From: a virus
Lineage: Duplodnaviria; Heunggongvirae; Uroviricota; Caudoviricetes
Virus record (IMG/VR): IMGVR_UViG_3300029305_004082
Strand: one strand, 5' to 3'
DNA: 43,780 nucleotides
Part shown: positions 27,803 to 37,262 of the stretch, one piece after another
Layout of the letters: each line of letters opens with the position of its first letter
How positions within the stretch are numbered: the first letter of the stretch is position 1
Made by a program: the position numbers and the translations under genes
Notes under the pieces: model-generated
Database searches by the model: none
What the model was told of the DNA's origin: nothing
The model's input: only the letters and a program-made list of their open reading frames with translations

Positions 27803-28272
27803 CTCTTACTGGAGCAAGCTCCCCTAAATTTCATAATCCTGCAGGGATGACGTGCATCGGTAAAATCTTCAACGCTGGACAAAAGTTCTATTTCCTTAAA
27901 ACCTAAATCACGACGCCCCACCAACATTTCTTCTATTCGTTCCGCAATAAAGTCGATGCGGGTACAACCCCTCGCAACACTTGTGCGGGGCACCTTCATC
28001 AAATCCTGATGCGTTACGATGAGGAAGTAGATTGTGAGGTCGTTGGTTAAATTGGATTTTTTACTCTTGTGTGCGTCGCCTCGAATACAGATATGGGTTT
28101 GTTTTTCAGTTTCAACCTCGGGTATACGGAAACTATACCAAAGGTTGTTATCAATTAAATCGTCGGGGTCTACAATTTCGGGATTGTCAATGGCTGCAAT
28201 AATATCGTCATTATGAACAAGAAGGTTCATTATCTGTCTTTTGATTTCACTTATTTCTCTGGTTTGCACCAT
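27796..28272 (-). CDS. Tail terminator/completion-like protein
   Basis: LLVHNDDII..FRIPEV..IYFLIVTHQ..RIDFIAERIEEML pattern; position. Confidence 0.5.
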   Translation of the reverse strand: MVQTREISEIKRQIMNLLVHNDDIIAAIDNPEIVDPDDLIDNNLWYSFRIPEVETEKQTHICIRGDAHKSKKSNLTNDLTIYFLIVTHQDLMKVPRTSVARGCTRIDFIAERIEEMLVGRRDLGFKEIELLSSVEDFTDARHPCRIMKFRGACSSKSC

Positions 28273-29291
28273 TATGACAACACCGCCTCTACTACTAAAT
28301 TAGCCTCGGCGCTGAAATCACCAAGTTCTCCTCGGGCCACGAGAGTGAACAGGGAAGCGTCGGGGACAGAGGGGCCAAATACTACACGGCAAGCGCCATC
28401 TGTTAAGTCTGTTAAAGTAACATCCTTAGCCATCGCCCCATTTATAGACCACGAAGTAACAACGCCGTCGATGATATTTTCTTGGGCGTCGCGATATACA
28501 ATTTTAAACGTCTTGCCAGAACCGCCGATGCGGATTACGGCATCACCGCCGTACGTTATCTCTGCAACATAATTCTGGATAGGAGGAACGTCGCCAACTG
28601 CAATATAATCGCAGATGCGCTCCTCAATACTGTCTGTGTTCGGGTTGTACTGGTCGCTTATACACTTAAGAATGAGCAATGCGTCATCACCGTAATTTTC
28701 GCTGAGGTCGTCAAACTCAGTAGTTCTCCAACAAACAAGCACGTCGTTATACTTGTTGTCCTTCATGGTAGATGTAGCCAAACGTTTGCCGATATACAGC
28801 TTACGGGTCTCATCATCAAGGGGGAGATATATCTTGTACTGCTTATTCAGAGAAGTCTGCAGTTCGGTTTCCTTTACGGTGGTAGAGTAAACACCAGTGT
28901 CCAGAACGCCCCAACGCTCAATTATTTCACTCGTACCATTCTGGAAGCGGAACAAGTGATTACAACGAAGCATGATGCCGGTCGTACAAATATCCTTGTT
29001 GGATTCAACCTCGATAATTATCCAGTGAGAACCATAGCATTCAACAATGTCTCCTGCATAAAAGGTCTCGCCGGGATAAGACGAAATCTTGTAGCGTTGG
29101 TTACCCTTTGTCTTTGCCGCAATGATTCGGCGGGATTCTCCGTTAATAAGGGCGTCAGGTTCATATTCCAAAGACTGAGACATGTTACGGGCGTATTCTG
29201 CCCGTAACCTATTTATCTCAGCTTCTTTATGTGATTCAGCCCAACGAGCGTAGTTAATGATGCGAGATTTATCGTAAGGTGAATACATCAT
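28272..29291 (-). CDS. Head-closure/neck protein with C-terminal Ig-like region
   Basis: FYAGDIVE..HWIIIE..GIMLRCNHLFRF pattern; position after head-tail adaptor. Confidence 0.5.
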   Translation of the reverse strand: MMYSPYDKSRIINYARWAESHKEAEINRLRAEYARNMSQSLEYEPDALINGESRRIIAAKTKGNQRYKISSYPGETFYAGDIVECYGSHWIIIEVESNKDICTTGIMLRCNHLFRFQNGTSEIIERWGVLDTGVYSTTVKETELQTSLNKQYKIYLPLDDETRKLYIGKRLATSTMKDNKYNDVLVCWRTTEFDDLSENYGDDALLILKCISDQYNPNTDSIEERICDYIAVGDVPPIQNYVAEITYGGDAVIRIGGSGKTFKIVYRDAQENIIDGVVTSWSINGAMAKDVTLTDLTDGACRVVFGPSVPDASLFTLVARGELGDFSAEANLVVEAVLS

Positions 29292-29305
29292 AATGAATCA
29301 CCCCA

Positions 29306-29791
29306 CTACTCTTCGACATCATAAGTCAGTTCTTTCGGAGCTCCGGAAAGACGGTCTTTGGCTACGTATCTATCTATCAGGGTGCGATTTTCATCACACA
29401 CCTGATTGTACATAGCCATGAAGGTCTTACGGTCGTTTGCGGGAGAGAACACAGTTTGTTCGGCGGATGTAAAGCGCATTGCGTTTGCACGCAACTTTGA
29501 TACATCACGAGACAGGTATGCCTCGTATTGTAGCCGCGCAAGCAGGTAAATTTCCTCACGAGTTAAGTCAGCGGCAAAAGTGCGCTGTTCATAGTCGTAA
29601 TCGGAAAAATTAATATCCGCCTGTATTTCCAGAGAAAGCTTAACGGCTGCTTCTACAAGACACACATCTGCTCGCTGCTGAGCAAGCGTTATTGAGTCCT
29701 GACGAGAAAGACCGTAATAGTCAAAGAAACCATCGTCTTCCTCTATCAAATTGTAAAAGACAATATTTACACTGTCGAAAGAAGTAGCCAT
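29306..29791 (-). CDS. Head-tail adaptor/connector-like protein
   Basis: Helical 161 aa in the post-capsid position; RBS AGGAGG. Confidence 0.5.
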   Translation of the reverse strand: MATSFDSVNIVFYNLIEEDDGFFDYYGLSRQDSITLAQQRADVCLVEAAVKLSLEIQADINFSDYDYEQRTFAADLTREEIYLLARLQYEAYLSRDVSKLRANAMRFTSAEQTVFSPANDRKTFMAMYNQVCDENRTLIDRYVAKDRLSGAPKELTYDVEE

Positions 29792-29803
29792 GAGCGACCT
29801 CCT

Positions 29804-30535
29804 TTAAGACTTCTTCGCAGTAGAGGTTTTCTTGGGGGTGGTCTTCTTGGGTGTAGTCTTCTTGGTTGCCTTGGGTTCCTGCGCGGGAACCTCAGCAACT
29901 ACCGGCTGTTCACTGGGAGCAGAGGGGATGTCAGTAGCCGATACGACCTCCTCGCTCTGTACGGTCTTCCCAGTCATCATAGCCTCAAGACGAGCAATCT
30001 TGGCTTCGAGCTCTGCGGTCTTTGCATCAACAGCATTATCACTGTTATTGCCGTTCTGCTTCAGATTGATAGCGGAACGATACTTGCCATTATAAATCTC
30101 ACGATATCTTTCCTCGATAATGCGCTCGACATTACTGGAAACAGGCTGGTCGCCAGATTCACGCAGGTATATAAGGTCACCACGGAAGCGCTCAATCATA
30201 CCCATAGAGGTAATATCTATGATTGCCTTCATCTTGTCATAGGTAGGATTGAGTATGGCGTCGCGAATACGCTCAGGAGTATATACGGTCTTTTCGATGT
30301 TGAAGTTACCAAGCTCCTTGTGGAGTTCGGCAGATTCAGTATCAGAAAAGCTCAGATAGCCTTCGCGGAACAGTTCGGTATTGTCGTTAATATACTCGAT
30401 ATCTTCCCAAGCAAGGGGGATGGAGGCCGCACGTCCACCCTGCGCAGCCTCGAACTTATACCCACGATTAATACCCTTTGCAAATACGGCAAAAGTATTA
30501 CGATTGAAAACCTTTACTACTTTGTTGTTCTTCAT
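29804..30535 (-). CDS. Hypothetical virion protein with Lys/Thr/Pro-rich tail
   Basis: Directly after the capsid gene; ends KATKKTTPKKTTPKKTSTAKKS. Confidence 0.55.
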   Translation of the reverse strand: MKNNKVVKVFNRNTFAVFAKGINRGYKFEAAQGGRAASIPLAWEDIEYINDNTELFREGYLSFSDTESAELHKELGNFNIEKTVYTPERIRDAILNPTYDKMKAIIDITSMGMIERFRGDLIYLRESGDQPVSSNVERIIEERYREIYNGKYRSAINLKQNGNNSDNAVDAKTAELEAKIARLEAMMTGKTVQSEEVVSATDIPSAPSEQPVVAEVPAQEPKATKKTTPKKTTPKKTSTAKKS

Positions 30536-30573
30536 TTTTTATGTCCTTTCTGATTTCGATAAATTATTTTTTA

Positions 30574-31575
30574 TTAGGCGAGAACAATCTTACCTACCAT
30601 CTCGGGGCGGGTAATTGCATAACCAAAGGTAAAGCCATTTACCTTGATGTGAATCTTCTCGGAGTTGATGTCGGTCTCCTGATATACGTTGGCTTCGCCA
30701 CGAACAGCCATCTCGCCAACCTTACCAGCGATACCAAGAACTACGTTGGCGGGGAACACTACGTTGCCGCCAATCTTCTTCTGGCCGGAGAAACCTGCGA
30801 GCTCGCAACCAGCGAACTGCTTCATGAAGCCAGTGTTATTGAACAGGCTCTTTTCCTTATCGGTCATGAAGTTCTGGATACCATCGGTGCCAACAAGCTC
30901 CATCAGGTGCTTATTCTGAGCAACCATAATGGGGGTCTCGCCATCGCTTACATCATGCAGGTACAGAGCCAGAGCCCTGGCTTCAGCATCAGCAACGCCA
31001 GTAGCGGCGGAGCCGGAGAAGTAACGCTGGGTCTCGGAAGCAACAACGGCATCTACCAGAACGCCAAGCATAGACTGGAGCTTCTTGTACTCCATGGCCT
31101 CGCGGATGTAGGTTACGAGGTTGGCAACGGTGCGGAAACCACCACGACGAATCTCCTGCAGAGATACTTCGGTCTCAGCCTGCAGGCTCTTCCAAGTGGG
31201 AGCCAGAGTCTTGGTGCCGATGTAGGAACGGTCTACGTTACCACCAAGAATGGAGTCGAACACCTGAATGGTGTTTTCGGGCTCACGCTCGAACTCGATG
31301 TCATCAAACTCACCGATGGAAGCCTGAGTGAAAGCACGCTCCAGAATTACGGAGGGAGTTTCTACAACGGGAGTGCTAATAGCCTTAGCGATGAGCTGGC
31401 TAATCTCGTGGTTAGCGTCATGACCAGTGCGGCCTACTACGTCCTTCAGCCAAGCATCGGTAACAGAGCTGATTTCCTTATCATCAGCGTTGAGGTCGAG
31501 CTTATAGGTAACCTTCTCGGCCCAATCAACTATGCGGCCGGACTCATTGAGGATGGATGCAAATTCGGTATTCAT
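30574..31575 (-). CDS. Major capsid protein
   Basis: 333 aa, strong codon bias, third gene after the protease/scaffold in the SPbeta-like order, C-terminal FGYAI..PE..GKI strand pattern. Confidence 0.75.
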   Translation of the reverse strand: MNTEFASILNESGRIVDWAEKVTYKLDLNADDKEISSVTDAWLKDVVGRTGHDANHEISQLIAKAISTPVVETPSVILERAFTQASIGEFDDIEFEREPENTIQVFDSILGGNVDRSYIGTKTLAPTWKSLQAETEVSLQEIRRGGFRTVANLVTYIREAMEYKKLQSMLGVLVDAVVASETQRYFSGSAATGVADAEARALALYLHDVSDGETPIMVAQNKHLMELVGTDGIQNFMTDKEKSLFNNTGFMKQFAGCELAGFSGQKKIGGNVVFPANVVLGIAGKVGEMAVRGEANVYQETDINSEKIHIKVNGFTFGYAITRPEMVGKIVLA

Positions 31576-31606
31576 CTTATATCTAAATTCCTTTCTTTTG
31601 AGTAAT

Positions 31607-31629
31607 AAAAAAGACGGCCATAAGCCGCC
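31607..31629 (-). terminator. Terminator-like hairpin immediately upstream of major capsid gene
   Basis: GGCGGC-UUAUG-GCCGUC followed by UUUUUU. Confidence 0.45.
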
Positions 31630-31653
31630 GTTAAAATGTCCAGAAAGAGAGAA

Positions 31654-32073
31654 TTACAGCTTCTCTACGATATACATCTTGATGCCGGTGGGGTCATCAT
31701 AGGTGCCGCCGTATACGAACTCGCCGTCCTCGTCCTTAGCAAACTTGCCGTTCTCGCCTACGCCAATCTTGTCACCAACGGACAGACCTTCGTCGGGGCA
31801 CTCGGAGGTAGCATAGCGCTCGCCGGAATGTACGGGGATGTACAGGCACAGAGCGTCCTTCTTGATGTCCTCAAAATCTTCGTCGGCAGGCATAATAACA
31901 GCATTGATGCCATCATAGTTGGGAGTGGTATCTACGAAACCAAAACCAGCGGCGGATGCATTGTCTACCTTATTGTCAACAGTCTTGTTTACGATAGCGC
32001 CACGCTTAAGGTCAGCAGCAGCAGTAACTACGGGAATATTCTTATGGGTAATTGCCTGGAGGGTCCTTATCAT
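31654..32073 (-). CDS. Capsid decoration/cement-like protein
   Basis: 139 aa, Gly-rich beta pattern, between scaffold and capsid genes. Confidence 0.55.
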   Translation of the reverse strand: MIRTLQAITHKNIPVVTAAADLKRGAIVNKTVDNKVDNASAAGFGFVDTTPNYDGINAVIMPADEDFEDIKKDALCLYIPVHSGERYATSECPDEGLSVGDKIGVGENGKFAKDEDGEFVYGGTYDDPTGIKMYIVEKL

Positions 32074-32101
32074 AATTCTAAAATCTCCTTATCTATAATT
32101 T

Positions 32102-33553
32102 TTAGTTTGCAAGGAAGCTACGGAACTTAGCGACCTTATCATCGCTCTTTTCCTCTGCTTCCAGAGTAACCTTTACACCACTAACAGTGGCAACTTCGGG
32201 TTCAGGCTTCTGATTGCGCATCTCGGCAATAAGACGCTCTGCAATCATGGTGTTAATGGATGCCTTATCCAGATTCTCGATGAGCGCAGACAGCTCTTCG
32301 CCATCAAGCTCTTCGTTGGTAAACCTACCGGAATCTACGCAATACTGACGCATTTCAGCAACGGCGGCTTCATGTTCACGAGCAACACGCTCAGCTTCAG
32401 CCTGCTCAAAAGCATCACGGTAAGAAGCCAGAGCATTCAGCTCATCCTTCTGTGCGTTGATAGTGTTGTTTGCAGAAACCAGAGCCTCATTGAGTTCAGC
32501 AACCCTGGCGTTTACTTCTGCCATAGAAACAACAAGCTTAATCTCTTCGCCGTCATCAACTTCAACATCATCACCATTTACGGTGTAGGTGTGCTTCTTA
32601 TAAGTAAGCTCGTCCATCTCATATTCGTGCCAAAGCACATAATGCTCTTCGGGGTAAAAATAAGTAATCCAACCCCAACCGTACTTATCACGAAGTTTAT
32701 TATAAATACGCTTCATAATATCTTCGCCGGTCAGCTCGGAAGTCTCGACAACTTCCTCTTCGGCAACAACTTCTTCTGCGGTCGCCTCTTCTACAACAAC
32801 TTCTTCCTCGGCAGAAGCTTCTTCAACCATGTGAACTTCGGTTACTTCTACTTCGGCTACGATGTTTCCATTATCCATTTGTTCCTCATTCTCCTTTCCG
32901 CCAGTGGCGATGTCCTGAGCTAATGCCTCAGCAACCATCAGCATAGCGTTATTGTCTTCCTGAGAAAGACTTAATACTTTTGCAGAATTCCCGAATGCGG
33001 GAGCTACATTATCTCCAAGGAAACAATTTCCAAGGTAGGAGTATTTAGTAAGATACTTAATGCCGTCACGGAAGTTGTACTCTGTGGAAGCAACCTCCCA
33101 AGAGTTATGCAACTTGCCTTCGCCGAAAAGACGAAGTACGGCGGCCACCATGTTTTTATTGCGCTTCCATATTTTCTGCGTTGCAAAAACGCAGGGGAGA
33201 GTCTTGGTCTCGCCTGCGAAGGTGGTAACAGTATCTTCTTTTATATAAGCGTCGGTGTGTACTCCAATGGGGGTGGTAGCAAAAGCTATCTCACCGGTTT
33301 CCTCATCAATATAGGCTTCGTGACCGCCCAGATTGGGTTCGCCGTCTTCGTCGCAAACATACTTAGCAACAACAGGCATATCAATCAGGGTCTTAGTCAT
33401 TTCTGCCGTAGCATCGGGGTCATCATAAGGAAGACATACGCCATTACCATTGGGTTCATCGAGATAACATACGCGGTTAGTAAGCAGGATGTAATTTTCG
33501 TGTTCCGCAATGTCAATGGTTTTACTGGCGAAATTAATATTTATTTTCTCCAA
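32102..33553 (-). CDS. Prohead protease/scaffold protein (start corrected to TTG 33553)
   Basis: RBS GGAGGTGA. LIDMPVVAKY..LGGHE..PIGVH, SWEV, GNCFLG..PAF protease-like N-domain; acidic linker and coiled-coil C-terminus. Confidence 0.65.
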   Translation of the reverse strand: MEKININFASKTIDIAEHENYILLTNRVCYLDEPNGNGVCLPYDDPDATAEMTKTLIDMPVVAKYVCDEDGEPNLGGHEAYIDEETGEIAFATTPIGVHTDAYIKEDTVTTFAGETKTLPCVFATQKIWKRNKNMVAAVLRLFGEGKLHNSWEVASTEYNFRDGIKYLTKYSYLGNCFLGDNVAPAFGNSAKVLSLSQEDNNAMLMVAEALAQDIATGGKENEEQMDNGNIVAEVEVTEVHMVEEASAEEEVVVEEATAEEVVAEEEVVETSELTGEDIMKRIYNKLRDKYGWGWITYFYPEEHYVLWHEYEMDELTYKKHTYTVNGDDVEVDDGEEIKLVVSMAEVNARVAELNEALVSANNTINAQKDELNALASYRDAFEQAEAERVAREHEAAVAEMRQYCVDSGRFTNEELDGEELSALIENLDKASINTMIAERLIAEMRNQKPEPEVATVSGVKVTLEAEEKSDDKVAKFRSFLAN

Positions 33554-33578
33554 ACAGCACTCACCTCCTCCCTTGGAG

Positions 33579-33830
33579 CTACTCGTTGGGTATAATCCCA
33601 ACCTCTATACCCCTCTCGGCCAGCTCCATGTATGAAAGCTGACGCTCTTCAACAAGACTATCTAAATCCTGCTGAAGAGCATCGGTATATTCAAACAAAA
33701 AACTGGTGCGAGTACGGGTAACATCCCCTTTAAGGGGCTTGATATCATGTATTCGGTGTCCTCTTTTCAGAAGCTCCCTCGCAATGCGCGGGGAATCAAC
33801 CTTGCGACACCTCACCTCTTTGTTATCCAT
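33579..33830 (-). CDS. Small phage protein (DUF5659-like)
   Basis: PRIARELLKRGHRIHDIKP..T.FLFEYT..L..DL pattern. Confidence 0.5.
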   Translation of the reverse strand: MDNKEVRCRKVDSPRIARELLKRGHRIHDIKPLKGDVTRTRTSFLFEYTDALQQDLDSLVEERQLSYMELAERGIEVGIIPNE

Positions 33831-33843
33831 ACTTCATTTGTCC

Positions 33844-35457
33844 TTATTCTCTATTGATGTTGTCTTCTATCTGTTTATCAGGGTCATTGGAATCCTTATC
33901 GGCAGGTCTGCCGCCTTCACCTTCGGAGTCACCAGAAGTGGTATAGCTGATGGCGTACGGACGGAAAATTTCGTCGTAGCCTTCACTATTCTCCTTCTCG
34001 CGGCGAGAAGTTTCTTCCGTAATGTCGTAGCCAAGGACTTCAAATGTGGTCTCACGAGAAGCGCCAAGGGTGGAGTACAGAAGCTTTGCCAGATTTGCAC
34101 GAGCATCGGCATCGAGAAGCTCGGTGTCAATGATGCGCACACTGGGCACATACTCAGAACCAATACCATTCTCACGCAGAACAGTCCTGTAGTAGTTGTA
34201 CAGAACACGCTCAACGGATTCGCCTATTGCGTTAATAACGTTCAGCAGAACAGTATAAGAAATCTTAGCAACGGCCGCCGAAATATCATCCAGACCAGAC
34301 AGGAATTGTACGCCCAGAGAAGAGAGAATCTTTCTGGTGTAGCTATCCATGGAATCACTGGAAATTTCTTCGGTGGTTTTCTTAACAACATAAGAAATCT
34401 CCTCGACGTAGGGAGGAGTTGATACGATTACGGTATTCTGCTTGAAGGCTTTCATCAGATTATTGTGAGCCCAAGCAAGGTGTTCATACCATTTGCCGTC
34501 TTTAACCTTTTCTAAAAGCTCCTTGCGAAGCTTCTGATGGATTATCACCTTGCTTTTCTGATTTGCCAGAGACATATCGGCTGAGCGCAGTTTTTCCAGA
34601 GCGATAGCAGAAGGAAGTGCTCGCATAATAGGGGAGATGCCGTAAAGTTTGTTGAAATTATTAACCCTTACGACACCAGTATAGTCTGTATCCAAGCGGC
34701 AATAGTTGTCGTTGGCTTTATATGCCTCAACAACCTCTTTGCCAAAACTGGCCTCGATTTCCTTAAGAGTGTTCTCGAAGTAAAGCGCCTTACCCCTGCG
34801 ATTCTTCAGGATGGTTTTCTGTAATGCACTTTTAAGCCTCTCCATATTAATCTGAACAATGGGCTGGCCGTTTTGGGTATACTGAGCAAGCTCCGCAATA
34901 CCAAGAGGATATTGGTCCAGAACCCAGTTATTATTGCCGTCAGAACGAATGGTGGAGATGTATGTTCCTTCAAGCCATGTGGTAAGAATTGCGCTACGGA
35001 TAAAATCACGCACATTAATCTGGTTGTTGAAGTCGTTAATCAGACTCTTTGCTTTTTCCAGAGTGTTATTCTTCTTTTTCTGAGTGCCGAAATTTCTGTA
35101 CGACAGCCTCATGTCGGTATTGACATTAGACCATATAGTTGTAGCAACCATACCAATAGCTTCGTCAAGAACGACGTATTTGCTTATAATACCGTTTATC
35201 TCGGTTATCTTGGTTAAATCACTCTGGGCTCCCGATGCGAGTTCAGACAGCCTTTCCAGTGTAGTAGTGGAGCCGGAGGCAGACTCGGTAAGGACTGCAC
35301 TGTACATTTTGTTTTCGGGGTCATATTGGGAAAGAGCTAATTGCAAGCTTTTCTCCACGTTTTCAGCAGAAGTCATAATAAAAGTTTCGTTATCCACTTG
35401 GGAAAACTCCACTTCAAAATCAATCTTTTTTTCGTCCATAGTTAACCTCCTTTCCAC
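33844..35457 (-). CDS. Portal protein
   Basis: 537 aa immediately after terL, helical, YGISPIMRAL motif, acidic GGRP tail typical of portals. Confidence 0.8.
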   Translation of the reverse strand: MERRLTMDEKKIDFEVEFSQVDNETFIMTSAENVEKSLQLALSQYDPENKMYSAVLTESASGSTTTLERLSELASGAQSDLTKITEINGIISKYVVLDEAIGMVATTIWSNVNTDMRLSYRNFGTQKKKNNTLEKAKSLINDFNNQINVRDFIRSAILTTWLEGTYISTIRSDGNNNWVLDQYPLGIAELAQYTQNGQPIVQINMERLKSALQKTILKNRRGKALYFENTLKEIEASFGKEVVEAYKANDNYCRLDTDYTGVVRVNNFNKLYGISPIMRALPSAIALEKLRSADMSLANQKSKVIIHQKLRKELLEKVKDGKWYEHLAWAHNNLMKAFKQNTVIVSTPPYVEEISYVVKKTTEEISSDSMDSYTRKILSSLGVQFLSGLDDISAAVAKISYTVLLNVINAIGESVERVLYNYYRTVLRENGIGSEYVPSVRIIDTELLDADARANLAKLLYSTLGASRETTFEVLGYDITEETSRREKENSEGYDEIFRPYAISYTTSGDSEGEGGRPADKDSNDPDKQIEDNINRE

Positions 35458-35462
35458 AAAAA

Positions 35463-37262
35463 CTAAAACTCAAAGGAGCCAACAAAATACTCCATTTGAG
35501 AGATGTCAAAATCATCATCACTATCCATGTCACGTCCTAATTCGGATGCAAACCAACAACCGTAACTCAGAGACGTATATCTATCCTTTCTGGCACCACT
35601 TCTTTCACGCAAACGAACCGCGCCAGTTTGTTCAAGCTTTTCGCATTCCAGTTCGGCGGCTTCGTTAATTGTGAGCATGGTTTCCAAATAAGGTGATTCA
35701 AAAACAAGTTGCTCCTCGGCGGAGGCACTAATGTATTCGGGCACACGTGCGGCCAATTCTTCGGTGGCCTCATTAGGATTAACAAGCAAATCAAGCTTGC
35801 CATCAAATAACATCTGCCGCAGATTAAATGCGATATCGCTGTTAAATTTCTGAGATGCGGAAACTGCGTAAACATTTGGGTTGTCCACGCCGCTATTAAT
35901 ACGCTTAGCTATCTCGGGGTTATTCATGCAACACCAAGGAGCATATTCTATACCTCGCTCATCATCGTATACGACACGAGCGCCGACATCATAAACAGAA
36001 ATACCCGCATTGGCAACGTCCAGAACGAGATAGTCCGCTTCAAAGTCATACATTAACTGCTTAATACGTATAACCTGTCGCAAAGTGTCCTTGCCTGTGT
36101 ACGCCTCAACATACGGAGCCTGCACGCGGAAGCCAAACTGGTTGTAATTCGTTTCCGCAGAGAACGTTGTTTCCGGCAATAACCGCAGACAGTAATAAAC
36201 GCTATTATCGTTTATATTGCCATCCATCATAGCCACGTCCACAGTAACGACACGCACCTCGCCATCCTGCTTGGGAATGGCAAATCTGTTTTTACTGCGG
36301 GGGTTGTCGCTTGCCGCTCGGGGATAGAATGCCTGCCGCAATCTTTGCCGTTGTGTGAGCAGCTCATAAGAGAAAAATGCCGACGTGTTTTCACGCGGCA
36401 TAAAATTGCAGTATTCTATTTCAAATGATAATTGGTCGAATTTCTTTTTCTCAGCCTGCAGGAATCGCTTCGTCTTAATGTTGTGTTTGAGTGTGATGGC
36501 GTAGTCCATTCCGACAAGGTATGAGGTTCGGTCACGCATCATTTCTCCCAATGCTTGCTTCATTATGTCGTACATATAATGGCTGGAAAACCACGAAGAC
36601 GATATGAAAACTTGTTTGGGTTCCTCAATCAGTTCCGGCACATTGCTGTACTCGGTGCCAATCATGTAAGTTGCGGGACGAGTAATAAGGAAGGGAGAGA
36701 TGATTTCATCCATAACCTTCTTATCAATCTGGCGAAACTCTTCGTATATTACTATCTGAGCTCGATTACCACGGCTGGAATCAATGGCAGGAACTACCGT
36801 AATAGTGCTGCCGCTCTTGAATGTAATGATAGTTTCGTTCTGGTTATCGCGCACACTATCTATTTCTGCACACAACATAGGACTCATGCCCATAAGTTCT
36901 CGCAGTATCTTTTCTTTGGCAATCAACCTTGCCTGCCCTCTGGTACTTGAGCAAAGAACTATTTTGCAGTTGGGATACAATATCGCTTTACAACAGGCGT
37001 AGATAGCTATTACAAATGATTTGGCACAGCTTCGGGCAGCAATCCACACAAACATTTCGCTGATACCCATAAGGAACAGCAATATAAGTTGGTACGGATG
37101 CAGGGATAAGCCCAAATAGGTTTGTGCAAATCTGTGTAAGTTACGACGAAAGAACGTCGTCCACATAATTAACTGTTCAACATGTTTAGCATTTCCAAGC
37201 CAAGAATCACTGCCAAAGTTTCTGTGAACTTTAGCCTGATTGCTGTCAAGAGTCATTGCCAC
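35463..37262 (-). CDS. terL: Terminase large subunit
   Basis: AARSCAKS Walker A-like, RGNRAQIVIYEEFR Walker B, ISS motif III, VTVDVA and LVLDV nuclease acidic residues, KDRYTSL. Confidence 0.88.
   Translation of the reverse strand: MAMTLDSNQAKVHRNFGSDSWLGNAKHVEQLIMWTTFFRRNLHRFAQTYLGLSLHPYQLILLFLMGISEMFVWIAARSCAKSFVIAIYACCKAILYPNCKIVLCSSTRGQARLIAKEKILRELMGMSPMLCAEIDSVRDNQNETIITFKSGSTITVVPAIDSSRGNRAQIVIYEEFRQIDKKVMDEIISPFLITRPATYMIGTEYSNVPELIEEPKQVFISSSWFSSHYMYDIMKQALGEMMRDRTSYLVGMDYAITLKHNIKTKRFLQAEKKKFDQLSFEIEYCNFMPRENTSAFFSYELLTQRQRLRQAFYPRAASDNPRSKNRFAIPKQDGEVRVVTVDVAMMDGNINDNSVYYCLRLLPETTFSAETNYNQFGFRVQAPYVEAYTGKDTLRQVIRIKQLMYDFEADYLVLDVANAGISVYDVGARVVYDDERGIEYAPWCCMNNPEIAKRINSGVDNPNVYAVSASQKFNSDIAFNLRQMLFDGKLDLLVNPNEATEELAARVPEYISASAEEQLVFESPYLETMLTINEAAELECEKLEQTGAVRLRERSGARKDRYTSLSYGCWFASELGRDMDSDDDFDISQMEYFVGSFEF

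Noticed and set aside
2036-36950. Many long plus-strand ORFs (e.g. 5097-6389, 6504-7805, 30541-31605, 13487-14524)
   Set aside because: They shadow real minus-strand genes; the first three were checked and share the sense codon register, which arises when sense genes avoid TTA/CTA/TCA codons. No recognisable motifs.
35463-37262. Intein or intron in terL
   Set aside because: Continuous 599-aa frame of normal size with no intein-like insertion.
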